NCBI GenBank assembly: GCA_050084985.1
Contig: JBITNC010000001.1
Location: forward strand, 81,034,001-81,098,000
Length of the DNA stretch: 64,000 nt
Source: Nageia nagi
Taxonomy: Eukaryota; Plantae; Pinophyta
Direction of reading: 5' to 3'
Part shown: piece after piece, positions 37,230 through 52,200 of the stretch
Layout of the letters: each line of letters starts with the position of its first letter
How positions within the stretch are numbered: position 1 is the stretch's first letter
The notes under the pieces: generated by a model
Told to the model about the DNA's origin: nothing
The model's input: the letters and a program-made list of their open reading frames with translations, nothing else
Database searches by the model: none
Made by a program: the position numbers and the translations under genes

Positions 37230-40217
37230 TAAAGGAGGTGTTATAAGAAGGTATAAAGAAAAATAATTTTCCATCTCTTTCAAATTATATAATGAATGTT
37301 GATACATATACTTGTGAAGATTTGGTAAGCAAAAAAGAGTGTTGTGAGATTCTCATGGGAGACACCCTCTTTGGGGAAGGATCCATTATTTTTATTGATA
37401 ATGAAGTAATAATTTTCATAAAAGAGTGTGAAGACCTTGCACATGATGATAGTTTTGAAAAATCATATTTTGAAGCATTGTGGGATGCTTGGTCAAAAAT
37501 TGCAAATGAGGAAGAAGGATGTAGAAAAATTTCAAACCTAATGATTGAAATCGTAACTCTTGAATAAGTTGATCATTGTTATACTTTGATGAAATAAGTT
37601 GATTTTCTTAAACATAAGTTAATATATTTTATGCATAATCTTTTGATAGACATGAAAGATGATCATGATGTGATGGATGTGCAATCTTGGTTGAAAACCT
37701 TGTTTGAAGTAGGAAAGAGAATGCAAATTAGAAGTTTTTAATTCCTTGCCACATGGAAAATATTGCAAAGGGAGAACCATGAAAGTGTTTGATTTTGAGG
37801 GGCATGATTGAGAAAATAAATTTAGATTATTAATACAAGGATTTTATTAGTTTTATGCTTTGGATAACCATGAAAGCACTCTTGGAATGCATGAACTCAT
37901 CCCTAATGTTTGCAACATTAGTTCACCAATTGGGCATACTTTAAGTATTCATGAAGGTAAATGTGAAAGTCAATTATTGGAACCCATCATAAGGAGAAGG
38001 ATTGGGATGGTTTAAGGATAAAAAACAACATATATGATTGTAAGACCCTTTATTTTCAACCATCAAAGTGATATTCAACATATCATCTTGTTCTTTAGTT
38101 CTATAATTATTGATTTGAGAAATAATTGTCCAAAGATACGCTGCATTAAGAATAAGATAACCATAAATTCTTTAACACTATGGTCACTTGTGAATGATAG
38201 TTTGGAGCATCAATTTGAAAATCAATCATGGATAGTTTGGGATACATATTTTTTTGGTTCTAATCCAACTGGAGAAAGCACACTTTCTTATGATTGTCAC
38301 AACCATTTCAAGGTGACCACCTTGGAAGATAAGAAGAATTGGGAAGCATTTGATATTGATGAGAGGATGTTTGGATAAACTTCTAACTTTCTTCATTTGT
38401 GATAATACTTAGGTGAAGGAAACCTTAGGATATGAAGAGAATAAATAATTGGATCAACCTTTGTTTATTCCTACTAATGAGTTTGATAGGTTCCTTGATC
38501 TACACTTAGATTAACTTCATCTTTTTAGCTCTATGAGTAATGCCATGATATCCATTGGAAGAGGATAAGTTTGGAATGTTGGTGATCAAGATACCAAGTA
38601 TTAAAACATAGGAATAAGGGAGTTTATTGATTAATCCTTGCTATATTTTATTTCTAATGTTTATAATAATTCATATTTTGTATAAGGTTTTCATTCTTTT
38701 TTTAGCCCTATTCTTGAAGGATGGGTCAACCTTGATGAGCATTTTTAGTATGTAACCCTATGAGAGGAAGATAATTAGTATTTTGAAGTAAAATTAGACA
38801 TGTTCTAGTTTTGATTGTGCACTTTTTCATGATAAATTAATGTTGGGCACCTTTGGAGGAGTACACTCATAGACCTTGATTTTTCCTTCATGATTTTTGT
38901 AGACACCTAAAAATGATTTATTATTTATTTAACAAATCATATTTTAGATATCTCTAAAAATGCTAAAAGAATATATTACAAATGCCAAGATAAAGTTGAT
39001 ATTACAATGCAATGCCATGTGTTATATTAAATGCTATATTATTTACCATGGTTCATATTTTAACGTATCTTGAATACAACAATGATTATATTATTGCTAT
39101 GAGGTAGATTTCACTCCTTTTTATTTCCTTGCAAGTTACAAATATAGGAGTTGGAGGTTTACATCCCTATCAAATATCTCTGATAGGTGGTTTTCCCATA
39201 CATGATACTTACGATGTATTTTGATTCCAGCTATTGGAAGATCTATTTGCTCTGAGCTATTATTGTATGCTATATTTTATGCATTATCTAATTCTACATG
39301 TTTTACATCATCCACACCATAAAGTTCTTACACCCCCTAGGTTGTGCAAATCCATGATACAAAGCTATAAAAAGAGGAGACATCATTATTTGATTGTGTA
39401 TGACCCATTTACCCTATCAAATTCCATCTTTGATATGATCCAATCCTTAATAGGTCCTTGCTACATCCTAAGGATTTTCATATCATTATTAGGTGCACAC
39501 TTTTCATGTATTTAATTGCATATCTGAATTATTATTTTCATGGTGGATTTATTTTGTGTTTATATTAGCTATTTACACAATTTATATCTATAATTTCTAC
39601 TTATACATAGTAGAAAACCCTTGGTTGGTCATCCATGGTGGTTCAATATTCAATAAGAGATTGGCTAGTAGAAGTTGGAATGAATGGAGAATACTTTAAG
39701 TAGCCTTCATTCTTCCTTATTGCCACATGATTCCTTGGGTTACATAATTATGCATAGGGAATTATGACTTTCATTATTCCCTTTTCCTTTACACCTTTGT
39801 TTGTTCTTACCATCCATGTAGTTTCATTGGTATTAAATTTCAATGGGAGCTTGGTAAGAGAGGAAGTGCATGCATGGGAGAGTTATAGATAATTTTGAGT
39901 GGGCCATGGGGAACCCATTTTTTAAGTGATTCACATACTTCATCATTGGAGTATTATTAATTAGGATTCATCATGATACAGTAGGATTAACCTATTTATT
40001 AATTATCCTTTATCTTCTACACCATAGATCACTCTTACCATCATGAGAGAGAGAGAGTTCAACTTTGGCATGATGGGTTTATAGTTAGAGTGGCATAACA
40101 TAAACATGATGGGCCTTATATTAGGTTCATTTGGAATCCAAGATTAGTATTTATTTCAATTATGATGATATTATGTTGACATTGCTTAAGGATAAGCAAA
40201 TTTGGGAAGGACAGAAT
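37230..40217 (+). mobile_element. Decayed internal region of a probably non-autonomous gypsy element ending in a PPT
   Basis: Acidic decayed ORF remnants. Ends in tttgggaaggacagaat directly before TGTAATATCCCC. Confidence 0.4.
38898..39592 (+). mobile_element. Solo LTR related to the 24619/29170 LTRs, in opposite orientation
   Basis: Begins tgtagacacctaaaaatgatttattatttatttaa, the reverse complement of those LTR ends. Ends tctata. Flanks are atttt / atttc (near-TSD). Confidence 0.7.
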
Positions 40218-41329
40218 TGTAATATCCCCATTTTACTAGGTGAATTAATTTTGCATTATGATGATTTTCTTGGCCCACTTAGAGTGGGACATCCCTCTTA
40301 TTTGTGATAATTTAGTACTTAGGAGTATTTTTTATATTTTTGGCATTATCACATGTCTTATGATATATTTTTAGCATTATCACACATCCATATATGTGAT
40401 GATGTGTAACTTGTACTCCAATGTAATGTCCCCAATTTTGAGAGATCTTATAAAAGGTATAAATTTTGCCATAAGCCATTGATTATCAATTCATATTTTG
40501 TGCCCATTCATTTTGACAATTTGTATGATATGGTTTCATCAAAAAAAGAAAAAGATATTACATTTTCAAAATTACCTCCAAAATTATATCACACACATGG
40601 AAATTCATAATTTTCTATCCTAAGTAAAGTCAACCATGAAAATGCTACCTTCTCCCAAGAAAAAGTCATCCAAGACATATTTGGTGAGTAATTTTATGTG
40701 TTTATATACTTTAATATTTCAATGACAAAAGGGATCCATTAATCATCACATATTCTTATTCAAGGAGCAGCTAGTAACAACTTTCTTCTTCTCATGCTTA
40801 GGATAAAAACCCTTAGAAGAGACATTAGAGATGTTAAACCCCCTTGTTTTTCAAGGATTAGGGATAAAAACCCCCAAGTATCTCACTTGGAGGTGTGTTC
40901 AATATACTTGAGATTCAATATTGTACATTTGAGGAGACTTGGAGTGGAGCACACTTCTCTAGGAGGCATCTTGGTGCATCTTTCTTTCATATTCAACCTT
41001 CTAAGGAGTTCACCTAGTCTTGATGCTTTATTAAGTATATTTTCATTCTTGTTATAACCCTAAGAGTGTTCACCCTCTCCTAGGGTGATATATTTGCTCA
41101 TTAATAGTTCAGACTTGTTCTTTTTAGTACATGGAGATGTTTGCTATTCAATCTTGAATTTTATGGCTCTTGTGCATGAAATTTTTAGTTATTTTTCAAT
41201 TCTAAAATATTATGGAATGAATTGTGTATGAATACATTTTATTGAAGTTAAAGCAATAAATTAGGGAATAAATGGAAAATCTAAAATTTAAGGAATAATT
41301 CATGCTTTTTCCTAGTTTGGGACATTACA
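40218..41329 (+). mobile_element. Gypsy LTR(s) with TGTAAT(A/G)TCCC...GGGACATTACA termini
   Basis: Inverted termini at 40218 and 41319-41329. A second start terminus sits at 40422. Confidence 0.7.
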
Positions 41330-41521
41330 ATTGGAGATGGAGGATGAAAATTTTATCCAACTAGTGGATCAAATATAAATTAGTATCATCATTATTTTTC
41401 GTATTCTTCAATCTAAAGACAATATTCCAACCTTAACCCAAGATTAATTAAGATAATTTAAAGTATGAAAACTAGTTTTTAATAGTGCTAAGTCAAAGAA
41501 TGGAGCTGGAGAAAGAGTATT

Positions 41522-42534
41522 CACTACTAAATTTTAGCCATTTATCATCATAAATGGAATCAAAATGTAGTGTATTTTCTCAAAAAGTTTGATTTATATC
41601 CTAACACCAAAGCTGATGTTAGGGGGCATGTTAGCAATAACATCAAAAATAATGTTAGAATAACATCATAAATAATGTTAGAATAGAATCAAAATAGAGT
41701 TAGAGATAACATCAAAAGTAAAGAATTTTGCAAATTTTTTTATATTAATTAATGAGCTCTTCCAACACATTTATTTTATGCATATGCAATGATCATTGTA
41801 GTTCATGGAACTATATTTGTATCATGCATCTTGTCAAATAATTTATGTGACTTCTTTAAGCTACCATATTTTGTACACATGTCTACTAGGGCATTAAAAA
41901 CCACAACATATGATAGAAATCCTCTTTTAAAGAGTCTTTAATGTATGTATAAACCCTATTGCAAATATCCTAGTTTGGTGCATGCTTTAAGGATGATAGG
42001 AAAGGTGAATTGATCTAGTTAGACTATTACTACTATTTATGATAGAATTATCATTTTAAAGAGTATTTAATGTATGTTTAAACTCTATTGCAAATATCCC
42101 ACTTTGGTGTATGCTTTGAGGATGATGAAAATGGTGAATTGATATGGTCAGACTACTGCTATTATTTATGATAGAAATCCACTTTTACAGGTGAATTGAT
42201 TTTATTGAATAACAGAATCCATGTGAATTGATATAAAGTTATCTGATTAGGTTGTAGATGGATGGTTAATATGTGTTTAGGGTTGATCTGTATGCTCATT
42301 TAATGCTTTTATAGTATTTCCTAACTCTAAAGTTCATGTAACATTGTATTAGAATTATCATTAGAAATAACATAAAAAATAGTATAAAAAATAACATCAA
42401 AAATAGCATTAAAAAATCCAAAAAAATATGAAAAAAATAAATGACTCTATTATGATGACTACTAATGCTAAGGCGTTAGAATATGAATTTTTTTTATTTC
42501 CTCTTTGACACTAATTCACCTTTTTGTAGTAGTG
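41522..42534. mobile_element. Non-autonomous CACTA (Pack-CACTA), 1013 bp, TSD ATT
   Basis: Termini CACTACTA...TAGTAGTG. 3-bp TSD att on both sides. Subterminal aataacatca/atgttag repeats. Confidence 0.92.
41750..42185 (-). pseudogene. Captured PLS-class PPR gene fragment with a ~130-bp internal duplication
   Basis: DQFTFPIILKACTKLGYLQ*GLYIH*RLFKRGFLSYVVVFNALVDMCTKYGSLKKSHKLFDKMHDTNIVP*TTMIIAYA. Confidence 0.88.
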
Positions 42535-45500
42535 ATTCTTAAGGTCACCATTAGAGGGACTAATAGTTTCTCCTTTTGGCTAACATGGAGTTGTACCAAT
42601 AATATTCTTGAGTATGAAGTATTTTTCGTAGTCCTAGAATAGGTTATCGAAATGAAGATCAAATGCCTTAACATATTTGGTGACTCAAAGCTAATCATAA
42701 ATCAAGTGAAAAATAGGTGTTCAACTAAGCATCATTATCTAAAAGCCTATAAAAATAAAGTTTTGGATTTACTAAAGAGCTTTGATGCACTAAAATTTAC
42801 TACATTTCTAAGGAAAAAAATGAGGTTGCTGATGCTCTAGCATAAAGAGGAGATATATTACATTTTTTAGATTAAATTATGTAATAACGTGAGAGGAGCA
42901 TGCAAGGAAGGTGATAGATGTAAAGGGAAGGGATGAAACCCAAGTAAAATTAAAGTGGATACAATGTACAGAATGAGTGTGTGATCAATTGGGGAGGTCC
43001 TACTAGGCATGCTTGTGTGGATAACCTCCATCCCCAAAAAGTCTCAACTTGCTTTTGATAATGCACAATTCTTGTGCTTGATGGATGGAAGTTGGTGTAG
43101 GCACAAAAGTTGTAGGTGACCAAAGAAGATAATGATCATTTAACAAATACGATGGAATTTGATGAAAACTTTGGAAATAATGATTTTTTCTATATATCTT
43201 CCTTTAGTTTCATTGGAAATCAAAGAAGGTGATGCTGGAATGAATGTTGAAGAGCTAGATAGTATAGAAATCATTTGCAATTTGAGGGGAAGATGCCAAT
43301 GCTAGGAATACCTTATAAAGTTTGTAGATGAATGTTAGGACTACAAGCTAGATATATCTATTCTCCCTCATGAATTTTTATGGTTAGTTTTTAGGTTCTA
43401 GAAGATAGGGATTGGGCTTTGGAACATAAACAATATTATTTCTTTGGGCAACGAGACTGTACATTTGACCATGGTCTTGACTAGATTTTAATCCTCTAAT
43501 GAAATATATATTTGATATGAGAATATGAGAATTTCTCTTTAAGATGTTATCTTTATCAAAAAGTAGGGCATATAAAGAGGAACTGCCCATGTGATAAATT
43601 TTAGAAATCTATCTCAATTGCATTTTTAGTAGAAAAATCTTTAGAATCTCATTTGAATGATTGTAATAAGGATGGATATCATCTAAAGGTGGACCAATTT
43701 TCATATTACCTTAATAATCATGATTGAAAAGATGAGGGTTAGGGGTAGGAAATAGGTTCTACATAAGAACCTCTATTAGTAAGCGAACAACATACAACTA
43801 GTTCCTCCCCTGATAAATTTGAGTAAGGATGCCTTGTGTCCTCATTGAATGAGAAGGAAATACCCATTGGAAAATCCTTTGTAGAGATGAAGCTAGATAC
43901 ATAAGAGAAATATGGAAATAAAATATAAAAAATGCCTCTCTCTCTATAGCTTCAAATGAAAGAAAAAAGGAAAACACATCAAAATGTTTGAAGAATTTAG
44001 GAATAAAAATAAAGATAGATTATGAAGCTCCAATTGAAGATGCTAAATAAGGATCTCACATATATTATTTGATAAGCTTAAAATTTAGAAATACATTTCA
44101 GATTTAAAAAAGTATACTGAGAAAGATACATGAGAAACAAATATTGTAGAAAACTATGGTAATCATAGTGACTATTGTAACTATGCATAAATTATATGTA
44201 AGCTTCACCTGATACCCAATTTTTCTTAGATCAGATTAGAATAGGATAAAATCTTGTATAGCCTATGTTTCATATGATCCATGTATGGAATATCTATCTT
44301 TGTAAATACAAGTTTTGGGATCCTATTTTTTGAAAACCTGCTAATCCAATTTACCCTTATCGAAAAAAATAAAGAGGAGCTATGTTTTATCTAACAAATC
44401 ATTAGTTTAAGAGAAATGGAGTTCAGTTGATTTTTATACCATTTGGTTTACCACATCCTAATTTAATTTAATAAACCCTTTATGGTAAACCCCTATATAA
44501 TAAATAATAATACCTTTTCAAAAATTACCATTTTGATAAAAAAACTTGAGTCATTTTTTATTGCCCCTTAGTAATTTTACCTTTTCATTAATGTATAGTC
44601 ATTGAGCATCTATGCAATAATGACTTTTCTAATATCTAGCTCCTTGTATTCAAAGATATAGTAATCTTATTTCTTGAAACATTATAATAGACTAACTAAA
44701 TTTATTCATTTTTATAGAATTAGGTTGCATTTGCTCTTCATTATTTATAGAAATGAAAATAATAAAAATATAATATCATAAATAGGTATAAAGAAGATAA
44801 TATTTTTCAAATAGAACATATGTGCTAACATCAACCTTATTTTTTAATAGTAGAATCTAAATCTAGATATGCATGAATTTTAAATACCCCTTCCCTATAA
44901 AATACTTACCAATATCTTGATGGTTGAACTTGATATTAAAATAACCTTCCATATGTAGTCATGTGTTATTTATTATTTATTAAGGTAGAACCTCCCATAA
45001 GTCAAATGCTAATAGTGTAAGGTACCCAAAATATATCTCAAATAATATTTTATTAGTGGATATACAGACTACCCAATTGTATAAGTGTTATATATATGTT
45101 AAATACTCATCCTAAATCTTTGCATGTTTTCTACAATATCCTCTTGACAAATATACCACTATTTTATTCATTACTTTTAGTTTATCCATCTATTTATGGA
45201 TCAAAAGCAATACCTCTCTTCAACTTAGTATTCATTCTTTCCCATAAACTAGTACATATTTTTTCCAAAAATATTGAATCTGTATCTACAATAATAGAAG
45301 TTGAGAAACTAAAATAAACCTAAATATGATAAAAGATTAATTTAATTTCTTCTTGACTAGTGCATCTGGTCTTCTTAAAAATAAGTAACACATATTTGAC
45401 CAAATATATCAATAACTACATATAAATAACCATGGTCTCTCTTAGATATTGGGAATCCTTTTATAAAATCATTGAGATGCTTTCCCATGGTCTATTCAAA

Positions 45501-45719
45501 ACTAGGTTTGGCATGTACAAACTAAGCTTTCTATTGTTGGGCTTGTTAGTACACTATATATCATGAACTCTAATGTACTTAATGACTTAATCTTGCATTT
45601 TGGACCAATCACTAGACCAAAAAGGGCCTTTATAGGCTTTATGGGTGGTTATCCAACAATTGCCTATGAGCTTGTCACTAAAAGTCAACTCCTTATGGTG
45701 GAAGTTTAAAATTGCCTCC

Positions 45720-47467
45720 ATAAGGTCCCAAAACACATATAAAAAACCAAAAAACACTTACGGAGGGGGTTTTAAATGCCTCAAAAATCTAAAAAATGCC
45801 TCAAAATTTAAATGGTTAAAAATAAAATAAAAATCCTCCTTAATAACTATATAAGTTATGCATACATTTCATAATGTTCATCTAGGATCCCAAAACCACC
45901 TATAAAAAACCAAAAAACACTTATGGAGGGGGTTTTAAACCACCTCAAAAATCTAAAAAAATTACCTCAAAATCCCTTTAGATGTGATTAAACTATCTCA
46001 AAACTTAAATAATTAAAAAAAAAACCTCCATAACAATTATAGAAGTTATGCATACATTTCATAATGTTCATCGAGTGTTTCCTATTTCCTTCAAGTATTT
46101 CTTCTTTCATGAAATTCTTGCACCTCCTTCTCCAACTCTTCACTCTACAATTATATAGGATTCCTGAAAAATAGTTTAATACAATGACTCTATAGTATTA
46201 AAAATATGACTTTCACAAATATTGCATCAATATGCATAAGCAATTACGTTCACTTGATAATATGATATCAATAATCAACAACATTCTCTATTTATACAAA
46301 TATTTAATAATAGCACTTTTTGAAAATATGAAATAAAACTAAGTTTACATGAATTATATAATAAATGGATTTTTGAAAGCCTTATAGACCAAACTTTTCA
46401 CTTCTATCATTAAAGAATTTTAATAATCAAAAATGGAAAATAAGTTTTAGTAGTTAAATATATAAAATATGGTCTAATTCCACCCAAAAAATTCTTGGTA
46501 TTGTTATCCATGGATAGTGCAAAATTTGCATCAACCTATAAAAAATTACTACATAGAATTTGGGCCCAAATGGCCAATGCAAACATAAGCATAAGATAAT
46601 ACAATGATTCCAAATAAAATGATTGCACAAAATGATAAAAGAAAGAACAAGGTACAACTAAGAGTTTCTCTACTCTCTTCATACAAAAATATCGAATTAC
46701 TTGTAATCCCTTATCTAACATATATTATTTATCGAGTTTTTTAATTTCCTTCTAGTATTTTTCCTTTCATGTGATTCTTGTACCTCCTTCTCCAACTCTT
46801 CACTCTATAATTATATAAAATTCTTGAAAAATAGTTCAATACAATGACTTTGTAGTATTAAAAACAAGGGTTTCACAAATACTACTTATATATATATATA
46901 TATAGGCATTTGTGTTCACTTGACAATATGATGTTAGTAATCAACAACATTGTCTATTGTACAAATATTTAATAAAATCACTTTTTGAAAAAATGAAATG
47001 ACACATGGTTTCCTTTGTGTCTAAAAGCATGCATCATGTCATTGTCCAAGACTATTTAGATCTAGTATTACTTTGCATCAAAAATAATCTCCACAAGAAC
47101 ATTCTCCATGTTTGAAATTATGACATCAATATACATCCCTCACAACAATGTCCCTTGCAATAACAACCTAGAATCATGTCATGAATTATTTTATAGGAAA
47201 CTTATTTATGTTATGTACCTAACATACAAACTAAATTTACATGAATTATATATAAAAAAAAGCCTTATAGAGTATACTTTTCACTTCTATCACTAAAGAA
47301 TTATAATAATCAAATCCATACAATAATATTTAATAATTAAATATACAAAACATGGTCTACTTCCACCCAAAAAAATCTTGGTATGGTTATCCATGGACAT
47401 TGCAAAATTTGCATCAACCTATAAAGAAATTACTTTATAGAATTCGGTCCCACATGGCTAATGCAAA
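45720..47467. repeat. Long-period degenerate tandem repeat array (left part)
   Basis: A ~160-bp duplication at about 45725 and 45887. Block ...cacctccttctccaactcttcactcta at about 46073 and 46734 (~660 bp apart). Block atggtctaattccacccaaaaa at about 46466 and 47349. Confidence 0.75.
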
Positions 47468-49210
47468 TGATGAGATGTAGTTAAGGCCTCCTTTTTACTT
47501 TTTATATATGCATGTTTATGTCTAATAGATATGGATATTATAGTAATAATATAAGTAATTTTATATATAACTATCTTTTCATACTGGAATGCATGTTTGA
47601 TTTTGCTTATGCTTTATATTGGTAAAATTAAGAAATAATGTCTTTATTTTGTAAATATAATGTGTTTTCATTGAGTATAAATGGTAGAATAAAGAATATT
47701 TCTTACACTGATGAAAGGAGTTGTAGGAATCCTTGAAGGAACTCCTGAGATAACTTTAAAGAAAGGGGCATTGATCCATACTGAAGGAATGCAAAATGCT
47801 GAAGGAGTCTAAAGGAATGAAAAATACTGAAGGAGTATTTTAAGTAGAATGCTAAAGGAATGCAGAATGCTGAAGAAGTCTTTTAAGTCATGTGCTAAAG
47901 GAGCCTTTTATACTGAAGGAATTTAAAGATGAATAATACTGAAGGAAAAGAAGTGGAATATGTGATAATATTCTACCAATAATATGATGTGTTAAAAAGT
48001 TAATGTCAACAGTATTTCATGTACCCAAGTGGAACACATACTACAAAGATGGTTGATTGAAGATAATATGCAATCACCTAGGAATTTAGTTAGCTATTCC
48101 ATGGTTTCAATAATTAGACATGGATATCTCAGCTTAAGAACAAAATCAGAGATTTTAGAAAAAACCTTTTTTGTTTGGTAGATCTATTTTCCAAGATATC
48201 AACTATGATACCTTGGAATAGTTAGTTCAAAATTGTACTCATCTGCTTGAAATATCTAGGATATTCAGCCATGATTATAGTATAGTTGTTAGTAGAATTA
48301 GAGAATAAAAAACCTTCTTAAAGAGAGGTAGATAAGGGATGATAGTTGTCAATTTCTATATATTCATCTTGTTGAAATTCATAAAGTAATAAAGGAAAGC
48401 TCTTTCATATAGAAATATAGTGTTAGAAGGAAGGAAATGCTGGAGAGATAAGGCCCACTATCTGGTATTTTCATCCTCATTTATGTTTGAGTTATTTAAG
48501 TTCAATATTATTCAAGATATCAAATTACTTAATGTTACATTTACTTCAGTATCTTAAGCTAATTTAGAAATCTCTTAAGTTTAATATATTAAGCTAATTC
48601 AAAAATCTCTTAAGTTTAATCTTTTCGTAGAAGATCAGATAATTAGGATTTAATAATAAAATGTTGTAGCTAGTTTGTTTTTAGTAATTCTATTCAAGAT
48701 TTTCAATTTTTCATCAATTTAATTATGTTTTTCCTATCTCCAATGGTGATTTATACAAATAGCTTTAAGCATTGGCATGGATTCAATAAATAATGAGAAG
48801 TAGAATGTTAACTATCATAACTAGTGAGAGGTTAAGTAGGGTGTTTTGAGTACTAACTCTTTGAGCTAACTGGTCCTTTCTAGACTTATTTGAGATTCTC
48901 TAGAAGGGGGTTAGTGAAAAAGCCATTGGTTTAATTGATAGTTCATATTTCTTCTAATCATTTTGGCATCGTTGCTAGGGAACATAGTGCTAGTAGTTTT
49001 CTTTCTAAACCAAGTTCCTTATTTTTAGTGTTCAAAATACCATTTTAGAGGTTATATTCAGTGATTCCTCCTCACACTTTTTAGTCTAAGTGATTTTGAG
49101 CAGCACTTAGTTAAGAATACAGTTATAAAAATCATAGGGAAGGGATTTTTCCTTTCTATTTATTTAGATTAATTTTTCTTTTATGATTTACATAGACTTT
49201 TGTTTATTTT

Positions 49211-52200
49211 ATGAAGAATAGAGCCAGAGACAAAAAGGGGAGATTCATAGAATTAGCTAGCAAGATAAAAGAGGGGATAAAACCCTTTCCTAAAACCCCC
49301 AAGCCCATTTGGTCTAGACTAGGTTAAAGCTTTGCAAGACTAGGTGATTATAAAGCAGCTATTCTAAGGACACTTGGTGAATCATTACTAGAAGGTCCTA
49401 ATTTTCCATCCTTAAGTTCTTTAAAGCAAAAGTAAGTTGAGTTTACACTTAAAAAGCTAGAAGAACTTGTTGTTTTAGAGTATCTTACTATCAGTGAAGT
49501 TATTGAAAGTTTTCAAAAATTAAGTTTGGAAACTCCCCATGAAGAAATTTTCCCTTCATCTTTAAGCCCTCAAGATCAAACACCTAAAAAGTTAACTCAA
49601 TAATCCTCAAGTGTTGAATCTAAAAAATTAAAAGTTTCTCCATAATAAAGGTATAGTCCTTACCACACCAATAAAAATCCTCTTTTCAAAGTTAATATGT
49701 CTAATGCCTCAGTGAACAATTTGAATACTCTTTGGACCTTCACCTATCCAATTAGGCTCCAACCTGGACCTAATGCTCCTATGAAAAATATATCACCTAC
49801 AAATCTTCCTACATTTAGAGGAGTATCACAAGAGGATCTTGATTATTTCCTATTTGAATTCAAATTCCTTTGTAAGACATATGACTATGAATTACATAAT
49901 CAAAAGCTCAAACGCTTTCCATCCACCTTAAATGATAATGCCATGAGATGGTTTATGAGCTTATCATTAGACTCAATTACAACATGGGTAGAAATGGAAA
50001 TGAATTTTTTGGAAAAATATCAGGAATATTGTAGAGTGAAGGATTGAAAAGATGAACTATTTAGGTTGAAGTAGAATGATGAAGAAAGTCTAGAAGATTA
50101 TTTAGATAGATTTTTATTTGTCTAAAAGAGGTGTGCTTCAACATTAGACAATGAGTTGCTCATAATAATCTTTCTAAGGGGATTTTTAGAGTCTTCTTTG
50201 GAATCCTTAAACCTTATGGGAGGAGGAAACATATATAAGGCTGATTAGGATGATATTGTGGAACTTATGAGAAACTATTCTCAAACTAAAATACATTCAA
50301 AGAGATCTAAGTAGTATGGCATATTGATAGCAACAAAAATTTTGGAGGAATTAGCTTCCTTCAAAATAGACATCTTGTGTTAATTAAATTAGATAAAAAA
50401 TGTAGAAGCATCCTGCAAAACACCTATGAAGGAACCTTTGAGTATTTTTTACCCAAGTGTCATCAAAAGCATGCTTTGCATGAATTTCCCATGGATAAGA
50501 CTACAATATGTAGTATCTATGAGTCAAGACATCCAACTAATAAATGTGCTTATTTACCAATAGCAAAAATTTTTGTGATAAATTTAGTATTGGATCTAAA
50601 TTAAATAAATTCTAAACCTCCTAGTAATAGTAGGTTTGGGAATATGTATACTCAGAAATATCAACAGCCTATGAATTCCTCTCAATATCCACCATGGTTA
50701 AATCCTAAAGGTACATACTGGTAGAATTCGTGGAATCAACCATAGAATCAATGAAATTGGCCATAGAATTAGTGGAATCAACCATATAATCAATGGAATA
50801 ATGTACCTCAGAATCAATATCAAGGAGTTTCAAATCAATCATATGAAACACAAATAAGAACTCCTATTCAACAACAAGGTTACTTACCTACATCACAACA
50901 ATATATTCAACCTCTTCTAAGGAAGCCTATCCTACCAGCATAGCCTTTGTAGAATCTTGGTTGATAGGTGAATTCAAATAGGAAGATGTTTCTAAAGTAA
51001 ATGTAATACTTAGATCTAGATGTACAATTGATCATCCTATTCCCAAACAAATCCAATCAAAATAATAGGAACCAATAGTGATAGAGGTGTTAGAGGAAGA
51101 ACTAGTAGTTCCAGACATTGAAATTCCAATCAATAGTGAAGCACCAAGTAGTGCAGTACCATACCTAGAAAGGTTGGTAATTATTTTTGATAAAGAAGAA
51201 TCTCAAATTCTTCAAGAAATGAGAAAATTGAATATTCCAATACTAGTTCTACAAGTCATAAAGGAGATTGTAGAATTAAATAAATATGTGAAAGAATTAT
51301 ACATAAAAACTAAAGGAAGAAAGAAGAACAGTTTTCCACAAACCATTTAGTTTGATGGTAAACTTGCAGATATTTTGGTAGGGAATGTAATTACCCCCAA
51401 GTATGGAGATCCAAGCACTCCTATCATAACTATTGCAATTGGATCTACAACAATTCCTAATGTATTAATAGAATTGGGAGTAGCCATTAATATAATCACT
51501 TTTGACTTATGCAACAAGTTATCCCTTAATGAAAGTTAGCCTACCATAAATGTCCTTCAAATGGTTGGTCAATTTGTTGTTACACTTGTAGGCATAATTA
51601 AAGATGTGCCTATTACCATTGAGGCATAGGAGTATGCTGTAGAATTTCTAATATTACACCCAAGAAATAATAAAAATGGCTATCCCATCATTTTGGGTAG
51701 ACCTTAGTTTGCCACTATAGTAGCTCTTATAGATTGTAGGTCTAGTACCATGACTATTAATGTTGGCATGGGAACAAAACAATTATCTCTATATCCACTG
51801 GCATAACCTTTGTTAGAATTGTCAGGATAAATTTGGGTTGATGAGCCTAAGATGTATGGAGCTGATAACATTGCTACATTAGTAATAATAACTATTAAAG
51901 AACATGTGGAGGAACTAGAAGAATTTGATGAAGAGATTAGTGAGTCTTCTCAATAGCTTGCTATGACACTACAATAGCAGATATTTAGCATAGCACCAAT
52001 TGCACAATCTTATCTCCTCTCCTTGTTCAAATATCCTTTAACTCACATCATTCCTGTTGGTGATTATTTTAGAGAGAGAACAAAGGTATTTCATTCTTTA
52101 TTTCCTCATACTTGTCCTTTAAATTCATTCATACAAACACCTCAATAGTTGTGTTCCATTCAAGAAGGAACCAAATACATCTCACTTCAAGAGGATAGAA

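Larger units (their letters stand above)
41460..42860 (+). pseudogene. Tat-type additional RNase H relic, interrupted by a CACTA insertion
   Basis: KLVFNSAKSKNGAG before the insertion. WSCTNNILEYE...IKCLNIFGDSKLIINQVK after it. Confidence 0.8.

Noticed and set aside
42900-45700. Possible decayed TE sequence
   Set aside because: No termini, TSD or protein motif that I can support.
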